Source: a virus
Taxonomy: Duplodnaviria > Caudoviricetes
Length of the DNA: 64,000 nt
Reading direction: 5' to 3' (one strand)
IMG/VR virus record: IMGVR_UViG_3300020050_007362
Coordinates: 11,369-75,368 of that record
Under the pieces are notes generated by a model, which ran no database searches, was not told where the DNA came from, and saw nothing but the letters and a program-made list of their open reading frames with translations. The translations under genes were made by a program, and so were the position numbers. Within the stretch, counting starts at the first letter, position 1; each line of letters starts with the position of its first letter. Below, one piece after another: positions 17,728 to 28,056 of the stretch.

Positions 17728-20376
17728 TTATTTAACTCTTCTTGATTTAATTTCAGGAAGAATTTCTAATCCTTGCAAGTTTTTTATACCTGATATTTTT
17801 AACTTAACATACCTAGCTTCAGCACCTCTTGATAGATGGCATTTACGGCCAGTAAAAGAGCTTGCTTGAGGTGTTTGTGCAACGCCATCCATATAAGCAG
17901 TTGTATATGTTAACGTATCGCTGTTTAAATAAATAGTCGGTATCGATTTAGCCATGTTAGTACCTAAATCAGTTTCTTTGGTTGCCATATAGGTATCAAT
18001 AGCTATCCCATTATCTGTAGAACCTTCTAATAGATATAATCCTGTTGAGGTTACACCGTAAGGTTTATTACCTAACACCACAATATGATCCCAATTTTGG
18101 TTAGTATACCGAGTTGATTCATTAGTCACTATGTTAAGTACATAGGCTACCGCGTTAGCAACTGTAATTGATCCGATTGCTGATAAATTTAAAAACGGTG
18201 CTGGTAATACCGCACTGCCCCAAACTGATGTAAAAACGGGAAACCCTATAGTGGCATTGCCAATAGCATCAAGCGTACCGGTACTGGATACTGACCACGT
18301 TAAGAAGTCTAATGTAGCATTGCCTAAAGGTATGTAAGACCCGGTACTAGCCAAGGTAAATACAGGCGCTGTTAATTCGGAATTAGCACCGCCAAAGCTA
18401 GTAATTGTAGAACTTATAAATCCAATAGAAGCGTTGCTAGTACCGTACCCTATACCGGTACTGGATAGCGTAAACGTAGAGAATGCAACATTGGCATTGC
18501 CATAATCTAAATGCGTACCGATACAGCTAAAAGCAGAGAGGTCAATAAAGTTAATGGCGTCTTCTTCTGTTATAGCACCGCCGTAACCTTCTATAGTTGA
18601 ATCTATAAAAGTTAAAGCGGCACTGTTAACATCAGAAGAATATCCGGAAACTACTAGAGTAGAGGTTATGAACGGTAATACTGCAAAGTTTCCTAAATCC
18701 GGAAACTGTCCTGCGTAAACGGCCATCGCCCCTAGCTCACCCGTCATACCGGCGTAGCTATTTAAGTCCCCGTTGTCGGTATAGGTTCCGTTAAAATAAA
18801 CTGTTGAATTAGCTAATATAGAAGCAGATGCCGTTACTTTTGCTATGTCTATTACTGAAAAGGCGTTAATGTTAACCTTAGAAACGACTAGGCTGTTTCC
18901 CCCTAACGTATAGTTTCCGTTAAAATAAACTGTTGAATTAGCTAATATAGAAGCAGATGCCGTTACTTTTGCTATGTCTATTACTGAAAAGGCGTTAATC
19001 TGACTGGTTTTTGAATGTACTGTACCTGACGAGTTGTGAGTAGTTCCTAAAACTGACAAAGGTTGTAGTGATACAGTATGGTCTAAGTTGGTTTCGCCTG
19101 TTAAACAACGAGCATCTAAAATTAGAGCGTCAAATCCCGCAGCTATATAAGTAAAATTAACAACTTCAGAACCGGCTCCTGCGCTTGCTGTCATGGACGG
19201 TAAGCTTGCTACTACCTCGGCGTAGATTTCATACCCGCTGGTGGCGTTTGCGGTCAATCCCCCTAATGCGGCTTTTACTCCCGTTAAAGTTCGACCTATT
19301 GAAGTTAATGTAGAGATGGAAGATATTACTGGATATCCTCCAAACTGCTTGTTGTTTGTTAAGGTGGCTACCGCAGTTATATTAACGGCGGCATTAACTC
19401 CGTTGGCGTTGCTGTATACCCCTTTAAAAGCAAGGGTTGCTTGTGCTGATATAGCCGCTGTCGCTTTAGGTCTAGCGTATAAGTTGCCTATAGCCGTAAT
19501 AGCAGCAAACCTGCTAACTACATCAGACTCATTAACTAAAGAGGCGTTATATATTGAATCGCCGCCAGAATATAAAGAACAATCTAACAGCAGTTCATCA
19601 AAAGATAGGATTGTAGATTTATAAAATACTTGGTTGTTTATTGCATAAAATATCTCGTTATCGGTACGTGAAATGGAGAATATATCCCCTGATACGTAAG
19701 CCAAACTTGATGTTTTTACTACCCCTTGCTCAACAATTTTATAAAAACCGCGTTTAAAAAAGATGCCAAAAGATATCTCAAAGTAATCGCTACCAATGCT
19801 ATCGTAGACTTCGTTTAACCCAACGACCGCTCCGGTTACATCTACTCTAGGGGAGAAGGTAGCCGTACCATTCCCTAAAATTGAAACTATAGAACGGGCA
19901 GAACTATTCCAACCGGTATTTGGGTTATATACTATTTCGTAGGTATCTGGTTGTATGGTGTACGAATAATATCCCGGTGAAGTTACGGTTTTAGTAACGT
20001 AGTTAGTTTCGTAATACCCTGCTGTAGTACCGTTTATAGTGGTTGTAGTAGACCCGTCTGCATTAAAATACTCTATAACAGACCATAATCCATTAAGCGC
20101 ATTTATTTGAACAAACGATACTTCTTTAGTTAAAGGTATCCCTGATTCCAGTAAAGTCGTACTACCGTCTGTGTAATGCGCTACTGTATAGTACGGAGAT
20201 GGAGGGTTAAACCCTACACCAAAAGAAGTAATTGTCTGGCTATAAGACGTTCCTGGAACCCATCGAACAACTGGTGTTGTAGTTACTCGCGTTACTGGCG
20301 GATTCCAACGGCTTATTGTGTAACCCGATATTAATACAGGTTCTTCGATAAAAAGTTTCTGTAATATATTACTCAT
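17728..20376 (-). CDS. tail/virion structural protein, Ser/Thr/Gly beta-rich
   Basis: 882 aa; C-terminal YVLNIVTNESTRYTN...GLYLLEG..DNG motif recalled from phage tail proteins. Confidence 0.55.
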   Translation of the reverse strand: MSNILQKLFIEEPVLISGYTISRWNPPVTRVTTTPVVRWVPGTSYSQTITSFGVGFNPPSPYYTVAHYTDGSTTLLESGIPLTKEVSFVQINALNGLWSVIEYFNADGSTTTTINGTTAGYYETNYVTKTVTSPGYYSYTIQPDTYEIVYNPNTGWNSSARSIVSILGNGTATFSPRVDVTGAVVGLNEVYDSIGSDYFEISFGIFFKRGFYKIVEQGVVKTSSLAYVSGDIFSISRTDNEIFYAINNQVFYKSTILSFDELLLDCSLYSGGDSIYNASLVNESDVVSRFAAITAIGNLYARPKATAAISAQATLAFKGVYSNANGVNAAVNITAVATLTNNKQFGGYPVISSISTLTSIGRTLTGVKAALGGLTANATSGYEIYAEVVASLPSMTASAGAGSEVVNFTYIAAGFDALILDARCLTGETNLDHTVSLQPLSVLGTTHNSSGTVHSKTSQINAFSVIDIAKVTASASILANSTVYFNGNYTLGGNSLVVSKVNINAFSVIDIAKVTASASILANSTVYFNGTYTDNGDLNSYAGMTGELGAMAVYAGQFPDLGNFAVLPFITSTLVVSGYSSDVNSAALTFIDSTIEGYGGAITEEDAINFIDLSAFSCIGTHLDYGNANVAFSTFTLSSTGIGYGTSNASIGFISSTITSFGGANSELTAPVFTLASTGSYIPLGNATLDFLTWSVSSTGTLDAIGNATIGFPVFTSVWGSAVLPAPFLNLSAIGSITVANAVAYVLNIVTNESTRYTNQNWDHIVVLGNKPYGVTSTGLYLLEGSTDNGIAIDTYMATKETDLGTNMAKSIPTIYLNSDTLTYTTAYMDGVAQTPQASSFTGRKCHLSRGAEARYVKLKISGIKNLQGLEILPEIKSRRVK
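18786..18999. repeat. perfect 85-bp direct repeat, period 129 bp
   Basis: 18786-18870 is identical to 18915-18999 (INAFSVIDIAKVTASASILANSTVYFNG twice, in frame). Confidence 0.9.
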
Positions 20377-22139
20377 TTCCTTTCCTTTTTCTTAGCCCAT
20401 GCGCCGGTAGTAAAATACCTATTTAAGTACGGTGCTTCGGTATGCGTTAACTCATATATTTTACGGTGGTACCCTTCTTGAAAAGCAGTTGCCGCGCTTT
20501 GTTCGGTTTGAGTATCTATCCTAAAATCCAAAGCTTTATTAGGATCAGTATCTCCTGTTTCTTCATTTATTATACAAGGCGCGTAGACGCATAGGTTTCT
20601 TATCTCCCACGGTTCGGTTTTTAAATGCGGTATAGCGGCTATAGTTTGCGGTATCATCATTATCTTTATAGGGGCATATAGCGTATCGGGTATATAAAAG
20701 TTACTAGCGGAAGTCGGAACTTGATTGCCACTTGATTGTAGATTTGTTCCATTACTCCATTCTTTACCGTAGGCTGTTACGTACACTCCGCCGTTTGAAG
20801 AATACGCAGTTATCCCCCTTATACGTAAATCAAGGCCTGAAATATAATTTATGAATGATGAGCCTTCGCCCTCATACCACGTTCCTGCACTGGATTCCTT
20901 AGTCTTTACATCTATGTTATGCGTTAGTTCTAATGCTTGTATTAAAGTGCCGTCCGCTGTAGCTATTTTTAACCATATATCTATAGCACTATGCTGCGAT
21001 TTAATATTGTTATATTGAGCGCGTACTCCGAGACCGTAGTCAGCAATCGATATTAATTCATATAGTTGTTTAGGTCTAACTTTATCTACCGCCGTATAAA
21101 CAGTGTAAAAATGATCCCCAACTTCTCCTAGTATATCTCCGTTAGATATAGAAGTTTCCGTAGCTAAAATAGCCTTACCAAACCTATAATCAAATCCGTA
21201 AAGTGTAGCTATAACTAATTCATTTTCTTCAGTAGTCCAGTCATAGTCAGCGGCTATACAAAAATCCTCAGTCTCACCTTCCCTTAACTTCTGTATACCT
21301 GCAAAGTTCCCATTGCCGTCTAATATCAATCCTATTTCTATTACGTAGGAGGTATTAAATTCTCCTATTGTAGGAGTTGATTGGCTAGGTGGTTGTGTAG
21401 TACCAAATCGCTCAGCATCGCGTACCCATACAACGCTACAGGCTTTGTCACCTGCCCTATTAAAAGACCAAAACCCCTTTGCATCTTTATCGTTGGAGGC
21501 ATTGGTAACCCATTCACCAAATATATAACCTGAAAAAACTATCTGTTGAGATGTCATATCTTCAACAAATACTATACTCTTAGTGCTCGTACCACCTGGT
21601 TGTATGTACCATAGGTACTTACCCGCTATGGCAGACGCGCTTGCTAAGCTGGAACTTTTATAACTTTCTGTAGTACCGCCAAAGTACACCCTAGAGGGAC
21701 CTACGTAAGTGTACAAGTAGTCGACGTTTATTTTTTGAAATATGTTTCTATATCGAGCCGCCGCTCCATTTGTTACATACCCATTCAATGAATACCATAC
21801 GTTGTAAGGTACCGCTAATGTATTAGCGTTTTTTAATATTTTAGCGGGGGATGTTTCTACCCCGTTGTAGAAATCTAGTCCCGTATAAACGTAATCTTCC
21901 CAATTTATATATCCTATAGGTACTGTAAACTCATAACCGCCTTCGGTATATATAAAGGCTTGTGGATGCCCATTAATCATCTTTATAAATATCTTTACAT
22001 CAGCATTTACTTGTTTCCATGTGCTCATGTTTTGGTTAGTACGGTTATAAATACTAACTAACTGCTGTTTTAAAAACTCAGCTTGTCCAAACCATTTCTG
22101 GCCTTCAGCAATGTCCCCGATTATTATGGTATTAGACAT
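20373..22139 (-). CDS. hypothetical tail-associated protein
   Basis: ORF track 20373-22196; start revised to MSNTIIIGD (22139), which overlaps the upstream stop. Confidence 0.55.
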   Translation of the reverse strand: MSNTIIIGDIAEGQKWFGQAEFLKQQLVSIYNRTNQNMSTWKQVNADVKIFIKMINGHPQAFIYTEGGYEFTVPIGYINWEDYVYTGLDFYNGVETSPAKILKNANTLAVPYNVWYSLNGYVTNGAAARYRNIFQKINVDYLYTYVGPSRVYFGGTTESYKSSSLASASAIAGKYLWYIQPGGTSTKSIVFVEDMTSQQIVFSGYIFGEWVTNASNDKDAKGFWSFNRAGDKACSVVWVRDAERFGTTQPPSQSTPTIGEFNTSYVIEIGLILDGNGNFAGIQKLREGETEDFCIAADYDWTTEENELVIATLYGFDYRFGKAILATETSISNGDILGEVGDHFYTVYTAVDKVRPKQLYELISIADYGLGVRAQYNNIKSQHSAIDIWLKIATADGTLIQALELTHNIDVKTKESSAGTWYEGEGSSFINYISGLDLRIRGITAYSSNGGVYVTAYGKEWSNGTNLQSSGNQVPTSASNFYIPDTLYAPIKIMMIPQTIAAIPHLKTEPWEIRNLCVYAPCIINEETGDTDPNKALDFRIDTQTEQSAATAFQEGYHRKIYELTHTEAPYLNRYFTTGAWAKKKERK

Positions 22140-23274
22140 CGGATTCTTCCGAGTTAATGTAGTCTTTCCAAAAAACTGACGTAAGTGCCTCCACATAACC
22201 TGTGCGGATTAGCGTATTGCTACCAGCAGTGTTAGTAACCGTTAAGGTAACTGTATAGACACCTTTTACTGCGTAGGTGTGCGTGGGATTCTGTGTTGTA
22301 CTGGTGGCTCCATCCCCAAACATCCATGCCCAACTGGTAGGTGCGTTTATTGAAGTATCTGTAAAAGCAACTGTAAGAGGTCCATTTCCCTTTAGTGGTG
22401 TACCCGTAAAGTTGGCTACTGGAATTATTACAACCAAAGCTGAGGAGGCCGCAATAGCCATCCAAGTCCTAGCGGCTGGCATAGCATTAATAGTCCAAGT
22501 ACTCCCGTTTACCGATGACACTGTTTGGGAACTACCCATTGCTACACAACAAAATTTACTGCCGTTCCACGCTGGTCTTGACCAAGATCGTGAAGGGATA
22601 ACACCAGAGTTAACAGTCCAATTAATTCCATCTGCGGAGGTCATTGTATCCGGTCCTACAGATACTCCACAGAATATCCCATTACCCGCTCCCAGGTAAG
22701 AAAAACCCATAAATCCCGCTGCCGTTGCGTCCGCCCATGTTAAGCCATTATTGGAGGTGGATGTGACATTACTCCATGATTGTACCGCGCAAAAAGTTGT
22801 GCCGTTAAAAGCTATATCGATACTACCATGCGATAAAGAACCAACGGTCCATGTACTACCGTTAGCAGATGTATACGCATTGGGGCCACCAGCGTCAGAT
22901 ACTACACAAAAAACAGACCCGTTTGAGGCAATGCCGTTATTAGTATATAAAGGTAAAGTACGCTGAAACCATGTAATACCATCAACCGAAGTAACTGCAA
23001 ATTCAGAATCGGATATGATACAAAATACACCGGCGTTATAACCTATTTTAGTCCAGTTTCTTGAAACTGGAAGCGTGTATTCGCTCCATGTAATGCCATC
23101 CGTGGAAATGGCAACTTTATTTGTCCCCGCAGCCACGGTTACAAATAAACCACCCCCATAACAGATATCAATCCATGTTCGTGATGCCGGTAATGGGTGT
23201 TCAACCCATGTAGCCCCATTGGAGGATGTGGCAGATACCGCAGTTCCATAGGCTACCGCGCAAAAAGTCGTCAT
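22132..23274 (-). CDS. beta-propeller (S-x-D/N-G-x-T-W repeats) plus C-terminal PKD domain; putative adhesin/tail appendage
   Basis: Repeated [21 protein letters not shown]; PVANFTGTP...[35 protein letters not shown] is a typical PKD domain. Confidence 0.75.
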   Translation of the reverse strand: MTTFCAVAYGTAVSATSSNGATWVEHPLPASRTWIDICYGGGLFVTVAAGTNKVAISTDGITWSEYTLPVSRNWTKIGYNAGVFCIISDSEFAVTSVDGITWFQRTLPLYTNNGIASNGSVFCVVSDAGGPNAYTSANGSTWTVGSLSHGSIDIAFNGTTFCAVQSWSNVTSTSNNGLTWADATAAGFMGFSYLGAGNGIFCGVSVGPDTMTSADGINWTVNSGVIPSRSWSRPAWNGSKFCCVAMGSSQTVSSVNGSTWTINAMPAARTWMAIAASSALVVIIPVANFTGTPLKGNGPLTVAFTDTSINAPTSWAWMFGDGATSTTQNPTHTYAVKGVYTVTLTVTNTAGSNTLIRTGYVEALTSVFWKDYINSEESDV

Positions 23275-23332
23275 CGTTTAACCTATTAAAGCTTTTAACA
23301 TATGTGTGCCTTATTTTTAATTATGCTTTCCG

Positions 23333-24472
23333 TTAAAAATCTTTTTCTTTTGTATGTATGTAATCTTTCCAAAACTTAGGTACCGGCGGAATTACATCGG
23401 AGATATTTAAAGACGCAGTTAATATTCGTTGACCTGCGTTGATGTTTCCAAATCGATTACCTGGGTACGGTGTTACACCATCATCTTCTACAGCTTCCCA
23501 ATTTAAACTATCCGTTGATCGAAGAAGCCCTAATCGTGTAATTACTAAGTAATGTGTTCCAGTATAGGTAACACTGAATACCGCGTTAGATGGAGCCCCC
23601 CACGTAGCTACTATTGAACTTGATGTTCCGTAGTCCGCATCTATAAAATCTGTATCGTTTTCTATATTATATTTTTTTAGATTGCTGAAATAACAACGAT
23701 CTCTATCGTAGGTCGGGAATAATGGGTAAAAACTATATGATCCCGAATAAACGATGTTTAAACCGTTCATCACTGCCATCTGCGCATATCCGGCGTAATT
23801 CCATCTTGTTGATGTCTGTTCCCACGTTACTCCCGAATCAGTTGAGTAGTTTACCCTACCGCCTTCCCCGTATGGATTCAAAAGAACTATATACCCACCT
23901 CCGTTTAACAACGTATGTACTTGATTGCTCCTTGCAGTAGTTGGTGTAAAACTAGGTGAGGATGGGGGGTTAAATGGTGGGTAGTAATCCAGTTGTGTAA
24001 ACTCAGTCCAAGTAATACCATCAGGTGAAGTTGTTGCTAAAGGTATCTCATTTCCTAACCCGTCATCCCCGTAACCAAATGCACAGAATACTCCAGCCTC
24101 GTAAACTAACCCTTTCCAAGTTAACTCTGCTGGTAATAACTGCTCTGCCCACGTTATTCCATCGGCAGATGTAGCGCATACATTGGTATCATTAAGTAAC
24201 GCTAGAAATACCAACCCATTCCATGCGATATTATTCCAGTTACCTATGGAAGGTAAAGTTCCGTAATTAATAGTATCTCCGTCTATTGTCGTAAAAACAA
24301 TGTCAGAGTCATACGGTGTAACGCAGAACACGGTACCGTTAGAACATATAGCGCTTGTATCGTGGGTTATATCCGTAGGGCATTCAGTCCAAGAAGTCCC
24401 ATTGTCTGTAGAAATAAGAGCAACATCAGGCGAAGAAGGACATAAAGTAAATATTTTGTTTATAATAGCCAT
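23333..24472 (-). CDS. beta-propeller protein (BNR-like repeats); putative adhesin/tail appendage
   Basis: STDNGTSW, SADGITW, SPDGITW, STDSGVTW and STDSLNW repeats; paralogous to 22132-23274. Confidence 0.65.
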   Translation of the reverse strand: MAIINKIFTLCPSSPDVALISTDNGTSWTECPTDITHDTSAICSNGTVFCVTPYDSDIVFTTIDGDTINYGTLPSIGNWNNIAWNGLVFLALLNDTNVCATSADGITWAEQLLPAELTWKGLVYEAGVFCAFGYGDDGLGNEIPLATTSPDGITWTEFTQLDYYPPFNPPSSPSFTPTTARSNQVHTLLNGGGYIVLLNPYGEGGRVNYSTDSGVTWEQTSTRWNYAGYAQMAVMNGLNIVYSGSYSFYPLFPTYDRDRCYFSNLKKYNIENDTDFIDADYGTSSSIVATWGAPSNAVFSVTYTGTHYLVITRLGLLRSTDSLNWEAVEDDGVTPYPGNRFGNINAGQRILTASLNISDVIPPVPKFWKDYIHTKEKDF

Positions 24473-24497
24473 CCGATATTACTCCTATATTACGTAA

Positions 24498-24938
24498 TTA
24501 ACCTGGCAATGCAACGGAGAAATAATCAATAGTTTGAGTTGCTCCGCCAGATAAAGAAACGCTTGTCATTACTAACTCAGACCCGGAAGTTGCTGCTGTA
24601 CCTTGTAAACGAACTTCCGTTGTAGATGCTGCGCCGGTATCCCCTGTTTTTACAAATCGCCAAAACACGGCTGTACCGCTCAATGCGTTAACACCTTGCC
24701 ACACTTCATTTGCCTTTGAAACAGCACCTAAAGCTGCTACAGAAGCCATTGATAGTCCTGTTGACCCATCACCGTTTTTAGTTATAGTGCATAAAAGAAC
24801 AGCTGATCCAATAGAAGAATCAGCATCTGAAGGTACGGTTCCTGAATATATTTTAATAAAACCACCATCTAATTGTGATTTTAAACTACCAGTTACCAAC
24901 ATGTTGTTTCGTAATGCTGTTGATGCTTTAAGTGCCAT
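24498..24938 (-). CDS. small virion structural protein (IKIYSGTVP family)
   Basis: 146 aa; clearly paralogous to 27575-28027 (IRVYSGAQPASAD). Confidence 0.6.
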   Translation of the reverse strand: MALKASTALRNNMLVTGSLKSQLDGGFIKIYSGTVPSDADSSIGSAVLLCTITKNGDGSTGLSMASVAALGAVSKANEVWQGVNALSGTAVFWRFVKTGDTGAASTTEVRLQGTAATSGSELVMTSVSLSGGATQTIDYFSVALPG

Positions 24939-24959
24939 TGATATGTCCTTTTTTAAAAG

Positions 24960-25601
24960 TTAATTGTATCTGATTTCATACGTTCCTACTGTATCTCGCC
25001 AGTAAGGTAAAGGTAATGGTAAATCTACTACATTAGATAAAGTTAACATGGAGGTAGCTGTTATACTTCCAGTAAATGTTACACTTGTAGGAACCGCTAT
25101 TAAAGTTGTAATAGTCAAGATCGAAGCCGATGCAAAAAGGGTCTCGACTATTAAGTTACTTGAAGCACTTATACTTGCTGAATAGTTACTAATTACCCCA
25201 ACAGCATTTAAAGTAGAAACAGTGGATATAGTAGCTTCGTTTCTAGGTGTAGCTACAATATTGCTTAAAGCGCTGATATTTGCTAAAGATGTACTGGTTA
25301 AACCTGTCGCAGTTAAACTAGCTACACCGTTTAAAGTGGCTGTATTAGTATTGGTTAAACCTGTTGCAGTTAAACTAGCTACACTGTTTAAAGTGGCTGT
25401 ATTAGTATTGGTTAAACCTGTTGCAGTTAAATCTGATATTGCGCTAATATTTGCAAAAGGGTATATATCTGCTGTTAAAACAGAACTTGCAACAATATCA
25501 GCAGTTCCTTTTGCACTTATATCCCCTAAAAAATCAAACGCTACTGCATTACCCGTAGGGGCAATGTAAGTTCCAGCAAACGTTAAATCAATATAGGCCA
25601 T
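24960..25601 (-). CDS. Thr/Ala/Ser-rich tail-associated protein with 19-aa tandem repeats
   Basis: ATLNSVASLTATGLTNTNT repeated with a 57-bp period around 25290-25430. Confidence 0.6.
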   Translation of the reverse strand: MAYIDLTFAGTYIAPTGNAVAFDFLGDISAKGTADIVASSVLTADIYPFANISAISDLTATGLTNTNTATLNSVASLTATGLTNTNTATLNGVASLTATGLTSTSLANISALSNIVATPRNEATISTVSTLNAVGVISNYSASISASSNLIVETLFASASILTITTLIAVPTSVTFTGSITATSMLTLSNVVDLPLPLPYWRDTVGTYEIRYN

Positions 25602-25605
25602 GTTT

Positions 25606-25974
25606 TTAAGTTGCCGTTATATTTGAATAGATTATGTCGTTGTATACGTTACCTATATCTGTAGTAGTAACGGTATAAATATAACCTTTATTAAGTCCTG
25701 TAAATGAATAAGTACCATCAATGTTAGCCCATATTTCTCTGATTAATATCCCGGTACTGTTTTCATAAAGTCTTACCCTCCGTTTAGCAGCGGTAGTTCC
25801 TATTTTTACAGTACCTGAAATTACACCTGTCCCTCCGTAGATAGCGTTTTTATAATTGTGCAGGGCTGTATATTTTGCGGGAATAGCTTTATATTTTTTA
25901 GGTAAACTAATCCAACTTAAAAACGATTTCTTTAGTACCGTATTTACGAGTTTTGAATAAGTTGGGTCGGCCAT
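25606..25974 (-). CDS. small beta-sandwich (carboxypeptidase-regulatory-like) tail accessory protein
   Basis: RRVRLYENSTGILIREIW...GTYSFTGL motif, commonly found after the STDxGAP tail fibre family. Confidence 0.5.
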   Translation of the reverse strand: MADPTYSKLVNTVLKKSFLSWISLPKKYKAIPAKYTALHNYKNAIYGGTGVISGTVKIGTTAAKRRVRLYENSTGILIREIWANIDGTYSFTGLNKGYIYTVTTTDIGNVYNDIIYSNITAT

Positions 25975-25977
25975 AGG

Positions 25978-27141
25978 TTATCTCCAAGGTCCGTCAATAT
26001 CTACATGAGTTTCGCCGGGTGTTGTAGTTACATACGCAGTTGCTATGGTATATATTCTTCTACCGATAGGTGAAACGTTAGCCGCTAATAACGCACCGTG
26101 TCCAAGTGGCCTAATTTGAAGGGGTTGATATATTCCTTTTATCTGGGCTCTTATTACAGAAGTATCTGCTAAGAATAAAGGCGCTACATATAACCCATTA
26201 TTAGCTGGTGAAGGATAACTGAATATCGAGGTAGCCGCTCCTATAGTACCTGAACCTAAAGTATAACTCCCATGTAAACTTGCACCTACTGATGTTCCTA
26301 TCTGGGTATAGAGCCTTGCAAAGTAAAATCCAGGAAATACACTTAGTGAGGGGCTTGTTTGTATTAAATAAGTTGTTGAACCCGTGGTGGGTGTGGATAA
26401 TGATGCAGCCGTATCACCATAGATCAAACACCCGTAGGGATCACTTGCCATTTCAGACGCAGGATCGCCAAAATGAAACTGCCTATAGATATTATCATAA
26501 GAAGGATTACAAACATAAAAGAAATGAAACTCAAACCCATCACCTACTAAAATCCATTTACGCGCTGCGGTAGTTGCTACATCAGATTTACTAATGTATA
26601 AACCTCCCGATAACTGTGTATCAGTAGGAAATAATCCTGTTCCTGTATTAACATCCGTCATGGCTTCATAGCCTCGAACTCTGGCGGTTGTGGTACCCGT
26701 ATCGTCTACACGAAGATACAAACGGGTACTGGCGCCTTCATTACTTCTATAAGCAGCTAGGTTAGTCCCTGAAAAAGCTTTGCTCCAACCTAATGGAGCG
26801 ACTACGGAAGTAATAGTACCGGTAGCGGGAGTTGCTGGCGTTCCTGCGACAGTAAAATCAAACGTATTAGTTGTTACATTGGTAATGGTAAACGTACCGT
26901 TGTATTCGGTTTCATTAGCACCGCTAATTTGTATCTTACTTAATCCATCAGCTGCATAACCGTGCGATGCAAACGTAGCTGTAGCCGTAGCCCCTGAGCG
27001 AGTTATGCTAGTAAGGGTACGACTGTTGTAGCCATTGACTAAACACGCATCTAATAGTGTCGTAATATCCCCTGCTGTTCCTGATGATCTAGGTGCTCCA
27101 GTGTCAGTGGAGCGAAGCAGCATAACTGTAGTGCCGCTCAT
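25978..27141 (-). CDS. putative tail fibre protein (STDTGAP...LLDACLVNGY family)
   Basis: N-terminal RSTDTGAP..GTAGDITTLLDACLVNGY and YLRVDDT motifs recalled from proteobacterial phage tail proteins. Confidence 0.6.
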   Translation of the reverse strand: MSGTTVMLLRSTDTGAPRSSGTAGDITTLLDACLVNGYNSRTLTSITRSGATATATFASHGYAADGLSKIQISGANETEYNGTFTITNVTTNTFDFTVAGTPATPATGTITSVVAPLGWSKAFSGTNLAAYRSNEGASTRLYLRVDDTGTTTARVRGYEAMTDVNTGTGLFPTDTQLSGGLYISKSDVATTAARKWILVGDGFEFHFFYVCNPSYDNIYRQFHFGDPASEMASDPYGCLIYGDTAASLSTPTTGSTTYLIQTSPSLSVFPGFYFARLYTQIGTSVGASLHGSYTLGSGTIGAATSIFSYPSPANNGLYVAPLFLADTSVIRAQIKGIYQPLQIRPLGHGALLAANVSPIGRRIYTIATAYVTTTPGETHVDIDGPWR

Positions 27142-27151
27142 GGTTTATTCC

Positions 27152-27565
27152 TTAATCTAGTGCAACAGTGATAGCGCCAACATCAAACGCTAACGTTTTA
27201 CCAACTGTTCTTGAAATACTTGCACCTAAAGCGGTTGATTCAAGTAAATTTCCTCCGGTTAACGCATCAAATATGCCTATGTGTGTCACTGTATAAGCGG
27301 CTGCTCCAGAGCCGTATACAACAGCAGCAAACGTTTGAGCATTTGAAGATAAAGCAATACCGGTTGCTAAAGTAGTTGCGGCAAACGTGATCAGTTGCCT
27401 TGCATAGGCAGTATCATCAGTCGTTGCGCTAACTTCTGTTCCTGAATTGGCTTCACCTGGATCAGATTTATATAACGCAACGTATTTATTAGTAGGTGCA
27501 GTAAAAGCAGTTACACCGTTTAAATGATCCAATAAAGCTTTTTCTGTATAGTTTGAGAATGACAT
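27152..27565 (-). CDS. small tail/virion protein (MSFSNYxE family)
   Basis: MSFSNYTEKALLDHL...YVALYKSDP...THIGIFDALTGGNLL. Confidence 0.6.
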   Translation of the reverse strand: MSFSNYTEKALLDHLNGVTAFTAPTNKYVALYKSDPGEANSGTEVSATTDDTAYARQLITFAATTLATGIALSSNAQTFAAVVYGSGAAAYTVTHIGIFDALTGGNLLESTALGASISRTVGKTLAFDVGAITVALD

Positions 27566-27574
27566 GTTTAATCC

Positions 27575-28027
27575 TTATGCAGCGGTAATAGTAAAAGTAT
27601 CTATTGTAATAATAGAGTTTACGGCGGAAGTAACGGTTGATAACCTAACGTCCCCTGATGTAATGCCTACAGACATATCGATTCTAGGCAATGTAACACT
27701 GCTTAATTGATTATCCGCCGCATTACCTTGAAACCGCATATACCCAATTGTTCCCGCAGCTACACCTTTAAATTTCCAATCTTCAGCGGCTGCTTTAGAA
27801 ATAGACTTGCCTACTGGTGCATCAAACTCCAAACCATTAGTAACAGTACCCTCGGTAAAAGTGCCACCTGCTAAAGAGACAGTACCTAACAATGTACCTG
27901 TAGCTGCTGCATCAGCTGAAGCGGGTTGAGCCCCTGAGTATACACGTATAACGCCGTTAGCTAACGTGGCTTTCAATGAGGTTGTACCCATCATTGAATT
28001 AATAAGACCTGTTGAGTATGAAATCAT
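27575..28027 (-). CDS. small virion structural protein, paralog of 24498-24938
   Basis: 150 aa with a shared YSG-x-P-x-x-AD motif. Confidence 0.6.
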   Translation of the reverse strand: MISYSTGLINSMMGTTSLKATLANGVIRVYSGAQPASADAAATGTLLGTVSLAGGTFTEGTVTNGLEFDAPVGKSISKAAAEDWKFKGVAAGTIGYMRFQGNAADNQLSSVTLPRIDMSVGITSGDVRLSTVTSAVNSIITIDTFTITAA

Positions 28028-28056
28028 TTTGTTTCCTTAATATTTATATTTAAAAT

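Noticed and set aside
18786-18999. Diversity-generating retroelement TR/VR pair
   Set aside because: The copies are identical and inside one ORF, and no reverse transcriptase is in the window.
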